NCBI GenBank assembly: GCA_964187785.1
Contig: OZ076409.1
Coordinates: forward strand, 40,054,001-40,117,952
Direction of reading: 5' to 3'
Source of the DNA: Amphiscolops sp. MND2022
Taxonomy: Eukaryota
Length of the DNA stretch: 63,952 bases
Under the pieces are notes generated by a model, which did no database searches, was not told the DNA's origin, and saw only the letters and a list, made by a program, of their open reading frames with translations. Every line of letters begins with the position of its first letter. Within the stretch, counting starts at the first letter, position 1. This document shows, piece after piece, positions 1 to 12,658 of the stretch. The translations under genes and the position numbers were made by a program.

Positions 1-2789
1 TAATACCAAAAAAGAAGACATGGCGTAAAACCAATGAAATTACTAATATCGAAAATTCATAATATGACGTAATGGAAGTCATTCAGTCTGCCAACTGAAA
101 ACTGTTTCAAGCGGCGTGAACAAGAACAAAAGAATAGGAACCACCACTTGAACGCTCAGATATTCCTTAAGCAGTCGCCTAACGCGATACAACTATTATT
201 ATTCACACTTTTGAGCTTAAAGAAAGATTGCTGTCACCAGAATTCAATTCATCCAACAATTGTTTTGTATTGGACCGCGACTAAGAAGACGCGTACTGAC
301 AATGACCTCAGGCGTTATCAACGCCGAAGAATAAAAATGAAGTGAAACAACCAAGAATTGAGAACCTTTACGAAATCCTCGAAACGACGACGGGCATATT
401 GTGCTATTTCATAAAGTAGCAAATGAATCGCTACTACGTACGGCACAAGACGACCAACCGACTATTCGACGATTTACCATACACAACCCTATGATTCCAG
501 ACGACGCGTTCATGAGCCCGCCCCGAAATTATGAGCAGATGGACAGTTGGATATTCGGGTCCGATAACGGAACAATCAACCCCATTTCGAGCTAACAGTC
601 AACCTTTGTCAACCATTCTTGCATTTCGTTCTCGTAGATTCCTTTATAGCTTTTTCTCCGTCTCCAACTGAACAAAATCAAGTTACTATGTGTTTGAAAG
701 AAATGATCATTACTTTGTGATGTCCCTGCTTAAGTCCCTTTTTTTTCTGGTGAGGGTAATGTCCTGCTCTAGATTTCCTTTTCGTTTGCTTCTGATACTT
801 AGGAGAAGACACTTCGAAGAAATCGAAGTCAAATGCGTAAAGTTACAAACCCAAAGTCGGAAAGCAACGTTAGTACAAATCAATTGATGCGATCGTCGCA
901 CAGATGAAGCATAGCGAGCATTTTGGTTTGCCAGTTTTCAGTCTGATTTCTGTTGTGTCATTGTCGCGAACGAAACGTGTTGATTTTATTTGCACTCAAC
1001 TTTTTGTTAATAAGTATTTTCGGTACAGTGGTATTCAGTTACTTAATGATCATGAATATTTCATTGGTACGTCTTGTTGCTACCTTAATCTTTAGAGTAA
1101 GTTGAATATTTTGAAGCTGCCATTAATGTGTACCATTTGAACAAACCATGATTGAATGTATATTGAAAATGTACTTGAGTATTACTTTGGGAGGCGCAAA
1201 TTTCGTCATCAGAAATTTCGTCGTCAGTAATCTAGTCGAAGGAAATTTCTAATGAAATTATTATTACACACCATAAGGCCACGTTCAGCAAAAGTAAAAA
1301 GTTTGTTACTTGTTTATTTCACCCGCTTGGTGCTTCACTTTTCCTCACAATTGCTCGCCGAACAATCAGTTTTGAACGTTGTTTTGAAGTTTGTGCGTTC
1401 TGAGAATTATCTTCGAAAAACAGTTATCCTGAAAAACAATTGCGTTCCTTTGAAGAATGTTGTTCATAAAAATAACGCGTTTCAATTTTTCGTGAGCAAA
1501 ATAGATACCTGCAGCGTTCATTGGAATTTATTCCATTGTCAATTCATGAAAAACCTAACACAAAGAGGGTTTTCACATTCATTTGCGACAGGGTTTTAGT
1601 TACAAACGAGTTTTTTGTTCAACCACAAAATATTATATGAATTACTCATATTAAAGTGTCAAGCAAACATGAACTAAAGCAAATCGAAGTGTATTTGTGG
1701 AAGACAGTGGATTCAATCAAAACTCCAAGGGAACGGATTCCCCTAATGTCCCAGGCTGCCGCCTCTGATCGAATCCCGTATTTCAACAAGTACTCTTAGA
1801 TCTTATGCAGCACTCCAGTCGACCGAAAGCTGATGCAACCCCACAGTCGCTTGACTAGAATAACCAATTGAATGTCAATTGTTGAATGTATTTTATGATG
1901 CATTTATATATGAGTGAAACAATTTGTGACATTCATTGTGTTAAGGATCTTAAGTATTGCTTTACTCTTACCAATTGTTTGTTGCAGTTCATTTCAACTA
2001 ATATGTCTACACATCGAATAATAAGAGACGATGCCCCAGTCGATAGTTTGAGAATTCTAGAACCGGAGATTCCACCTGGCATGCGAACAGGATTTAACTT
2101 GCTGATTTTGTTTGTGAGCTAATTGCTGGTAGATAATAAGTGCATTTGACGCTTGTTGAGGTCCTTATTTCTTTAATTAAGTGCAGTTTAATCATCCATT
2201 TTGATTGGAAATTCCCAATTTTTGTCAGTAAATTTTCATTCCTTTTCCTGCGTCAGTAGCTAGGTCCATGAACTTCCAATGCCAACTTTAGCGTCGGGTT
2301 CTTGAATAAGCTGGGAATGAAGGAGAAGGGACAAGGAAATGGGACTCGGCAGGAAATGGATCCCACTTTTCTTTGAAAGTGAGATGAAACGGAAAGCCGA
2401 GTCCCGAGGAAGCTTACCTGATTCTGGTTTCCCCTCTTCAGGGGGGCGCCGAGCTGAACGAGGTGTGAGTTCACGCGCGGAATTGATTCCGCATGTCTAG
2501 CGAAAAGTATATATACCTGTCACTGGATTAGGAAGGGAACAGAATTTGTTTTACTGTCTGGAAATATGTTGTTTAGAGTTTGTCAATTCCAACCCTAATT
2601 TCATACAGTCACATTTGATTGACCTTTGTTGTCGCATCCCATTTAGCGATTTGTTTCTTCAGTGTATTTATTGAACCTAGCTGAACACTATTGGAGACTA
2701 CTTCGGACGGAGTTTTGATATTCAAGGAATAAAGTCCGGAAATCAGCTTCAGTTTGATTTTTGAGTTGCCTATGATTTTTCCCCTAGTG

Positions 2790-4050
2790 GGATGTCTGGA
2801 ACATTTAGTAAAGAAGACTGAGGAGAGATTCCCTAAGAGCGACTGAGTCAGAAAACGGATCTGAAGTTCAACAGATCGTCGAAGGCTCTATCGTGATTGA
2901 AAAAGACTTCCACGATATTACAAACAGAAAAGAATGCAATGTTTCTAAAGAACTGAAAGATACAAAATTGAGACAGCGCGAAATCTTTAATTTAACCGAG
3001 GATCTATCGTCGAAAGTAGATAGTCTTGTCCGTCCAAATTCAAAACCTTGCGGTTCCAGTAGAAACCTAAACTCTAGGGAAGATATCTAAAGAGAAGCAC
3101 CTCTGAGATTGAAGAGATTCAAGAGGGAATCACCCAAGTCAACTACAACATGATGACAGGAACCATTAATGAACCCAAACACCAAAAACAACTCCCAGCC
3201 TCGATCCTCAAGCCTGTCGCGTCTGAATCAGAGGGATTTCGACAAAATCATCGATACATTATTGCAATTCTTGTTTACTGCAAACAGACACCGGCCTACC
3301 TCGCCTCCCAAAAGCACTCTCTACAACCATGGCAACCTTCGACGGAGAAACAGAATTTCAAACATTTCGAAAACCTTTTTCAAACAAGTTTGAAGGTCTA
3401 ACCACTCTTTTCAGAACAGAAATCATCCAATACTTTCGTTTCCTGCTTCGAGGGGATGCTTTCGAATTTTTCTGCAACATGACGGAGGCCATTAAAACCG
3501 ATCCCTACGACATCATAGCAGGATCCTGCAGACGATACGTCAAAATCCAATCAGTAGCAACAGCAAGATGTAGGTGGGAAAGCCTCAACTTCGACCCAAT
3601 GAGTCCAACTGTTCAAGACTTCTTGGAACGTTACCAAAAATTGGCACAAGGAGCCTACGCAGGTGACGCGCCGAAGTACATTGGAACGTCATTCTATGTC
3701 AAAACGCCTGTCCTTAAAAAGACAGTACTCGACCAAGCCCATCGGGAAAATGCGTCTTATAAAATGATGGTCTATCACCTCGAAAGGAAAATGGAATTGA
3801 ATGGTCCCGTAGCTCCACATACAACCTCATTCACAGGCATCAAAAACATCGAACATGCACCCAACCCGAGCCAAGAACGAACACAAATGGTAACAGGCCC
3901 ATACTTCGGATGTGGTCACCCAGGCCACCTTCTTCGTAGTTGCAGGAAAATCAGCCGATGTGGGCGGACAAAAACACCGAGCTAGTTCAACCATAACAAC
4001 TCCTTGCGAAACATGTGGCAAAAAGAGCCACGAGATTAAGGTTTGTTACT
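2790..4050 (+). pseudogene. Degenerate gag of a distant relative of the 33110 element
   Basis: TFDGETEF, LLRGDAF, RRYVK..S.ATAR..W..L.FDP and HLERKMELN align with Gag 34120; decayed knuckles (GCGHPGHLLRSC, CETCGKKSH); frameshifts and stops. The left limit is approximate. Confidence 0.85.
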
Positions 4051-4299
4051 CAGGTGCCAACAGTCAATCAACAATCACAAACTACAATTGAGTTGACAAG
4101 GAAAAATGGAATTCGTGACTTTTTACATTCGTTGTCAACTACTCGTTGTTTATTAGATTTTTTCAGAACATGTGAGTGGAATCTGCCAGAAAGGATTTTA
4201 TCATTGGAAACGATAAATATTCAACAATTCATTTTATTCTATGTTAGATTGTCTTAGTTATTTTTTTTTTCGCGTTTTTACTTCTATTTAATTATTGCG

Positions 4300-5396
4300 T
4301 AATAATATTATTTGCCATACTTGGAGACAATTCATTTGTTATGCTGTACTCATTTGTTATAGTAAATAGGCCATGTCCGACCATACGCCTAACAAAGGAC
4401 GCCATGGGAAGGCAAATGGCCGAATTAGGCCATAGTGTTAAAGAGAAGTAATTAGCCAAGCAGTATTTGACTAATGCGTTCGTTTACTATAGCTGTAATT
4501 GAATGGCCAGGCTCAGCCATGCGCCGTAGACAACCTGGCAGTAGACGACACTTGGCCGGACAAGGCCTTATTAATACAAAACTTTGATGCTTTTGTTTCA
4601 AGCGCTGTATCATTCATGTTCAAATATGTCTTTTCGCTTGGCGTGGTGGACCAGAGGTCCAATTTTCAATTGACCAATCAGAGGCGCTTATTTTATTATA
4701 TTAGTGTTGTGATTAAATACATGTACCGGCTTAATCAGATCAAACGGCGAGTACGGCCAATTGTGAGCGGAAACGGACAATCAAGTCAATCTGCCGAGTA
4801 CGGTTTTTCCATGCAAGTTAGAATGAAACTGTTAGGAATTTAGTTAACAGAAAGTAAATGCGCCGTGTTATACTGTTAACCGAAGTAGTTAAGGTTTCCA
4901 TTGTTTAGAGTCTTCATTTCAGTTATAGTTGAAAATAAAAATCCCATCGTTTGCAGTAAGAACCCAAACTATATTGTGACATGAAGGACATCATGCCACT
5001 TGTAGTGAATTATCTGCATGAAAACATACGTTTTGTTGAATTACATGTATGATTGTTGATGTGTTCTTCATATGACCGAAGGCTGCCTTGTAGACAAATA
5101 CCAATAGAATTGAATCTCAGGTTATCTCAAACGATCGATTCGCTCATGAACATCCTGCAAGTGCAGATAAGTAGAGCGATCAATTCTGCTAGCAATGATA
5201 GAGAGCTCCCAGAGATACAAAATATTATGGGTTCAATGTCTTTTGGACAAAGAGACATCGAGTAGAGTCGGAACGCCCACTAACAATCAAGATTTCAGTG
5301 AGAAAACAAACGGGTTAATTACAAAACTACCAAAGGAGGACTCTAGGTCTGCCTTCGATTTTGAATTTAAAGACTCTGGGGACCTAAGTCCTTACA
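4300..5396 (+). mobile_element. Degenerate LTR fragment of the gag-in-LTR family (left end uncertain)
   Basis: 5100-5396 translates to ELNLRLSQ..QISRAI..PEIQNI..DSRS, matching the LTR-encoded Gag N-terminus; similarity stops at CTTACA, the LTR end motif. Confidence 0.7.
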
Positions 5397-7331
5397 ACTA
5401 TTTTTCAAACGCTGTATCTTTTTTTGAAATATCTTTGTTTGGCTGGGGATATTCCCGACTAGCTTGTTTGCTAAACTGGCTGAAAAAATTCAAAGACATT
5501 TCCTCTTGATTTCGTTTCATCTTGGCTTTTTTATAAGAGTGTTGTTCAATTTGGCGGACGTTTCGACTTTCATCTCTGTTCAAAGACAATTGAAAAACCA
5601 ACGAAAACAAATATTAGAAAAGGAAGAAATAAAAAAAGGGATGGCTCCGCGGTTTTGAAGAGTATTGTTGGAAATAGCAATGGTCAGTGATTATTATGGA
5701 AAAGCTGTGTAGTGAAACTGAGAAATCCACCTGCAGATGCAATAATGGAACCTCCTGGACTCAAAGCTCAGGGAAAATTCGAAAAAAGGCGTGATTATCT
5801 GGATACATTTATGGTGGAATTAAGCACAGACTACATACTACACGTACACATTTGCTCTTGTTGTACTCAGCAGCTATTGAATTACTGTAGTTCACGTAAC
5901 GAATTTTTTCATTTTCGTTTTCGTTAGAAATCTGCCTATTTCGTAACTGTTTATCTTTCAAAAACAGTCTCATTTGATACAACATCGATTGAAAAGGTGA
6001 AATAAATTTTGAATGGCTTTTTATCAAAACAGTAGTAAATTCTATTGATGGATTTTATGTGCAACTTTTGAACAATATATAAACGCGTTCTACTTTTGAA
6101 ACCTCATTTCTTCAAGTGAAAATGTCTTTGCTTTTTGATTTGTAAAAAGTGTCGATATTTCTGTCTCATTATGAGCAAAATGTCTGGCCTTAAAATGCCT
6201 TTCCTGATTTTACGAGATTAAAACAGAACAGGCAATTTTACTTTTGATTTCTATTTATATGTGAGCGTGATCAAGTTAGTATTTTTGGATGGTTTGTTCA
6301 GCAAATCGTTCAAAAATATCAATTATTCAAAGAGTGCCGATGATTGAAATATTAATGCATAATGAGTTGGTAATATGCGGCAAGTGACGAAATTAGAAAG
6401 TTGTGATCAAATTTATTCTACCTGACAGAATTCTGGAGTTTTGGCGTTTATTTGAGATGGTCTTTCTCTATTGGATGTCAATCAAGCATCAACGCAAGTG
6501 CTGTACTTCAAAACGTGAATGATTTTCATTCGAACAATTGTTCAGTTTTTCTTTTCATACAGATTGGTCGTTATATTCATGCTTAAGCAATCGCATTCAG
6601 CTCAAATGAAGCTTTTATTTTTTTGATAAAATTGGCCATATGGTCAAAATAAAAGACAAATCATTTGTCTGCGCCAACAAACGTAACCTGTTTTCAGCTC
6701 AGCCTCTCAAGTAATCTGCGCTGAAAGCTTCTTCGAACACACTCATACACCTGGCAATGTGACCAATTTGACGTATGGATTATTTACTTGATTAAATCGC
6801 CCAAGTGAATAACTTATTATTCAAAATGGACATTCTGCAGAACATGGCCAACTCAGGTGACCCTTTAAAGGGTCAATTGACACAAGGTCATGCCACTCCC
6901 ACTCCGGTCACTGCCAGGTCAACGGGGGGTGTGGGGGCGCCTCCCGTCTTGAAGTCTGAGAGGCAGGGATCATACAAACATTCTGAAATGGAAGTTTTTT
7001 TCATATCATTGAAAATCTGAAAACCAATTTTCATTTCTCAGGTGTCGGCAACGAAATTAATTCGAAGAAAGTTCCGTAATTTTGAAAAAATGCAAAATTT
7101 GGCCTTAAATAGCTGGAGTATTTTTGTCAGTGAGACCTGAAGTCGAGGAGATAAAAAAGTTACAAACCGATCTTTTCTCCATTTTCAATGGAGCATCTAA
7201 TTGGCAAAATATGATGTTCCTAAATTTGGTCCGTTTTTTGCATTGCCAAAACAGTAGTTTTTGATCATCTATTTCACTGAAGTAATTAATCATAATTAAC
7301 TAATTAACTAATTGCTGATGATCCCTGTTAG

Positions 7332-7543
7332 GGAATGTGGGGACAGGACGCAGTTCATGGTGCAGCAAGTGATTGCGGGTCAGAACGAAGGGGCGGCAGA
7401 CAAGTGGCTCACCCAAAGGGAGAAACGCCACCGCGAGAGGGCGGAGAAGCTCAGGGAGAGTCTGAAACAGAAGCTCATCCTAGAGAAGCAGATGCAGCTG
7501 CTGGCTGGGAAGAGCCTCGACATCAACAACAACAACCTACTCG
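7332..7543 (+). CDS. Probable host-gene exon (coiled-coil-like)
   Basis: GC-rich island bounded by CTGTTAG| and G|GTATGT; open frame ECGDRTQFMVQQ..REKRHRERAEKLRESLKQKLILEKQ; ends in phase 1. Confidence 0.6.
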
Positions 7544-8049
7544 GTATGTCGACATTCTTATGTATGCAAGCCATCTTTCCATTTTTACTCGTGTCAGAAT
7601 TCAATTTATACTTGAATTTCGAATCTCTTGCAAACTAACTTCTCTTTGGAATAACAAACTCTATTGTCAATCTCTTTGAGAGACTTTTCTAGCTAGTTTT
7701 TAACATTGAAAAAGGGTCCGGATCCAAAGCAACATTCAATTCTATACACGGAACAACATGCTTTCACGTGATAGTTTCATACCGTTTTCATACCTGGCTG
7801 TTCCTGTTGGTTGTTGTCGTGGCTTTCAGAGAAGCAGCACTGCTTATTCGGCGTCCACCCCGCAAAATCGGGGAAATAAACCTTTCTTTCTTCGGTTATG
7901 GGGTTGAAAAACAACATAGGATCAAGATCTTTTTCATAACCTAGCAGCATTGTATTGTATTCGAGAACATCAAGTTGTGTACGTATTCTAAAAATGTTTG
8001 ACTTTACGGAAAGTAGTTGAAGTTTGCCTAATAACACCTTTCTATCAAG

Positions 8050-11000
8050 GCAGTTGAGTTCTGTCCACGTGCCAAATTGACGACCAATTTTCTCAAACAT
8101 TTTCAAAAACTAAATCGTTCGTATAGTTTTAAACTGAATTATTTCGAATTGCACATTTTTTAAAATTTTTAGGAACACGCAATTTCGAATTTCAATTTAA
8201 GTTTCAGTTTTAACTCGAGTTTCCGTTCAGTTGCAATTTTATTACTAATTTCAGTTCTAAAGAAGACGGGAACGTCTAAAGTCGGCGCTATAACTACAAC
8301 TCAAAAAGCGCAAAGTTCCTAAAATATGCCAGGACGTCTATTTGAAAAGCTCAGAAAACAGTTTCGATACACCCAAAGGGTGCCTTTCATGTTCGATAAG
8401 AATCGGAAACCACTTTTCTCCGAAAAAAACTATATTTTTAAAAAAATCGTATTTTTCCTTTCGGGAAATGTCGCATTGTACCGAAAGCCCTAGGAGTCCT
8501 CTATGCTCGTAAAAGGTTTCGTTTCTACTAAAAGTTGAGGGGCATTGATAAAAAGCAAATTTGAAAAAAAGTTACATAAAAAATCCCCAGTCTTAAAAAA
8601 CAAAATCCAGATATAGCGTGCTGAGAAACTTTTGAAACATTTCACAATGCCGAAATTTGTAAAACGGGGACCCTTTGGGATTTTTGAAAATCCAATTTGT
8701 AGAAAAATATCAAAAAATTGAAGCAGGAACCCTTTGGAGACATTGATAAAAAAATTGCGAGAAAAAATGAGAATTTTGAACAGTGTCACAGTGCCACAAA
8801 ATGTATAAGGGGGACCCTGGGATTTTTTAACTTCCATTGTGTGGCAAATTATCAAAACAATTGAAGGGGGGATCCCTTGGTTTAATTCAAAAGTTTGAGA
8901 AAAAAGTCTCATAGTGCCGAAAAAAGTCTAAGTGAAAAACACCAAGATAGCCAATGGAGGACCTGTACTATATTTTCGACGTTCTGGACGTCGGTTTTGT
9001 TTTGGACGAAGTTCTGAGGTTTCGAGTTCCAGTATGTTTTGAACATTTAAGTTGTTGAACACATGAACAAAAAAGTGGACCTTACGCATTTAAACAACGA
9101 CCCAATGTAAGAGTCGGGTACTTTCCTTCAAAAGTGGCGACTAAAAATTGCCGTTTTAGTCAAGCAGTTGGCCCGGAGTGTACATTGTTGCCCTGCGCAG
9201 CCGGTATTTCGGTCCCAGATACAGAAGTCAGTGTATTTCATTGTGAAGTGTATGCTATTAACCAACACCTTGTGAAACTTATTCAAAATTCAGCTTCAAT
9301 TTTTGAACAATTTCTGAACAAAAGATTGCGTGAAACGTTTAAGAAATTTTAAAACCGTTTTTTTGTGACTTTTTGAGGCACTTTTCATTTTCGGCACTTT
9401 AATAAAAAGTTCAAAACACTTTACAAATACCGCAAATACGAATGTTACGAAAATGAATTTCTCTTCATTAACTGTAGTAAAAGAACCTGTTTCTATTTGG
9501 CGCTTTTGTATAAAGTAACAGACTCTCAAAGTGGCTAGTTTTTTCTTCAGCCTAACAGGAAATGTCCACTTTGAAAAAATTCATTTTCATAAACTCTCGA
9601 TGTTCCCTTTCTGGTTTTTGATGAGTGTACTTATAAATAAACTTTGCACTTTTTGATCCTTTAGCGGTGCGCGGACTCGGGCCGTTACCGGCTTGTTTTT
9701 TAGTATAAAAGCGTAACATCACAAAAGCAAGTAAAAAACGCAGTTGAGAGTGTATATTTTGTTTCCTCATGGAATATGGGCGGAAAATCATACTGAGCAC
9801 CATTTTGGGCTGCTCCCGCTGGTGAATTAATAACGTGGATGAGCATTCAAAATATGCCAGAAAATCTCTTTGCAAGACAACACTTAAAGTTGAAATAAGG
9901 GCAGTTTAACTGCTTGCATTGAGTTGATTAACCCTTTTCAGCATCGCGGTACATATTTGCACCACTTAAGATCTGCTAACTTCTAAAGGCACCAGCCCAC
10001 CGTATGGTAAAGAAAACTCTTGAATAAGATTTTCAGACAAAACAATAGAGAATTGCACGCTTTTTCACGGATTGTTGACTTGATGTCTCTAAAATCAGAA
10101 AAACGGGACCAGAGAAAAAAAAATAGCCCAAAATGTCCCATTTTCCTGGCGCTAGCATGTTTCGAAACAAGCTGAACTGCAGCCAGAGACACCACGCGTG
10201 CAATGTTTTGGCGCAAAGTCCGGAGCCACGCTAGCGGGCCCCCAGCCCAGCAGTTTCAAATTGATCTGAAAGCCCTGATGCTCCTCTTTCGAACGCTGTA
10301 TAAATCGTTTGTCGGACTCGAATAGTTTTGGAGATATTCCGGTTTAAAGTTTAAGCAGTTGAGTTCTGTCCACGTGCCAAATTGACGACCACTTATCTCA
10401 AACATTTTCAAAAACTAAATCGTTCGTATAGTTTTAAACTGAATTATTTCGAATTGCACTTTTTTAAAATTTTTAGGAACACGCAATTTCGAATTTCAAT
10501 TTAAGTTTCAGTTTTAACTCGAGTTTCCGTTCAGTTGCAATTTTAATACTAATTTCAGTTCTAAAGAAGACGGGAACGTCTAAAGTCGGCGCTATAACTA
10601 CAACTCAAAAAGCCCAATGTTCCTAAAATATGCCAGGACGTCTATTTGAAAAGCTCAGAAAACAGTTTCGATACACCCAAAGGGTGCCTTTCATGTTCGA
10701 TAAGAATCGGAAACCACTTTTCTCCGAAAAAAACTATATTTTAAAAAAAATTGTATTTTTCCTTTCGGGAATTGTCGCATTGTACCGAAAGCCCTAGGAG
10801 TCCTCTATGCTCGTAAAAGGTTTCGTTTCTACTAAAAGTTGAGGGGCATTGATAAAAAGCAAATTTCAAAAAAAGTTACATAAAAAATCCCCAGTCTTAA
10901 AAAACAAAACCCAGATATAGCGTGCTGAGAAACTTTTAAAACATTTCACAATGCCGAAATTTGTTAAACGGGGACCCTTTGGGATTTTTGAAAATCCAAT

Positions 11001-12658
11001 TTGTAGAAAAATATCAAAAAATTGAAGCAGGAACCCTTTGGAGACATTGATAAAAAAATTGCGAGAAAAAATGAGAATTTTGAACAGTGTCACAGTGCCA
11101 CAAAATGTAAAAGGGGGACCCTGGGATTTTTTAACTTCCATTGTGTGGCAAATTATCAAAACAATTGAAGGGGGGATCCCTTGGTGTAATTCAAAAGTTT
11201 GGGAAAAAAGTCTCATAGTGCCGAAAAAAGTCTAAGTGAAAAACACCAAGATAGCCAATGGAGGACCTGTACTATATTTTCGACGTTCTGGACGTCGGTT
11301 TTGTTTTGGACGAAGTTCTGAGGTTTCGAGTTCCAGTATGTTTTGAACATTTAAGTTGTTGAACACATGAACAAAAAAGTGGACCTTACGCATATAAACA
11401 ACGACCCAATGTAAGAGTCGGGTACTTTCCTTTAAAAGTGGCGACTAAAAATTGCCGTTTTAGTCAAGCAGTTGGCCCGGAGTGTACATTGTTGCCCTGC
11501 GCAGCCGGTATTTCGGTCCCAGATACAGAAGTCAGTGTATTTCATCGTGAAGTGTATGCTATTAACCAACACCTTGTGAAACTTATTCAAAATTCAGCTT
11601 CAATTTTTGAACAATTTTTGAACAAAAGATTGCGTGAAACGTTTAAGAAATTTTAAAACCGTTTTTTGTGACTTTTTGAGGCACTTTTCATTTTCGGCAC
11701 TTTAATAAAAAGTTCAAAACACTTTACAAATACCGCAAATACGAATGTTACGAAAATGAATTTCTCTTCATTAAATGTAGTAAAAGAACCTGTTTCTATT
11801 TGGCGCTTCTGTATAAAGGAACAGACTCTCAATGTGGCTAGTTTTTTCTTCAGCCTAACAGGAAATGTCCACTTTGAAAAAATTCATTTTCATAAACTCT
11901 CGATGTTCCCTTTCTGGTTTTTGATGAGTGTACTTATAAATAAACTTTGCACTTTTTGATCCTTTAGGGGTGCGCGGACTCGGGCCGTTACCGGCTTGTT
12001 TTTTAGTATAAAAACGTAACATCACAAAAGCAAGTAAAAAACGCAGTTGAGAGTGTATATTTTGTTTCCTTATGGAATATGGGCGGAAAATCATACTGAG
12101 CACCATTTTGGGCTGCTCCGGCTGGTGAATTAATAACGTGGATGAGCATTCAAAATATGCCAGAAAATCTCTTTACAAGACAACACTTAAAGTTGAAATA
12201 AGGGCAGTTTAACAGCTTGCATTGAGTTGATTAACCCTTTTTAGCATCGCGGTACATATTTGCACCACTTAAGATCTGCTAACTTCTAAAGGCACCAGCC
12301 CACCGTATGGTAAAGAAAACTCTTGAATAAGATTTTCAGACAAAACAACATAGAATTGCACGCTTCTGCACGGATTGTTGACTTGATGTCTCCAAAATCA
12401 GAAAAACGGGACCAAAGAAGTAAAAAAAATAGCGCAAAATATCCCATTTTCCTGGCGCTAGCATGTTGTGAAACAAGCTGAACTGCAGCCAGAGACACCA
12501 CGCGTGCAAAGTTTTGGCGCAAAGTCCGGAGCCAGCGCTAGCGGGCCCCCAGCCCAGCAGTTTCAAATTGATCTGAAAGCCCTGATGCTCCTCTTTCGAA
12601 CGCTGTATAAATCGTTTGTCGGACTCGAATAGAGATATTCCGGTTTAAAATTTAAGCA
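8050..12658. repeat. Tandem duplication, 2 x about 2305 bp
   Basis: 8050-10354 is repeated at 10355-12658 with scattered substitutions; GCA at the junctions. Confidence 0.93.
8261..9147 (-). mobile_element. HINE-like element copy (second copy about 10565-11451)
   Basis: Same terminal motifs (GACGggaaCGTC, AGTCGGCGC ... AGTCGG..GCGACTAAAAA) and A-rich internal repeats. Confidence 0.6.

Noticed and set aside
5736..5843. Additional host exon (DAIMEPPGLKAQGKFEKRRDYLDTF..)
   Set aside because: Acceptor is plausible, but the donor is weak and its phase does not match exon 7332; not supportable without transcripts.
8490..12566. Repeated 70-140 aa ORFs as a gene family (also 50311-56678)
   Set aside because: They are K/F-rich translations of non-coding repeats, duplicated with the tandem units and frameshifted between copies.
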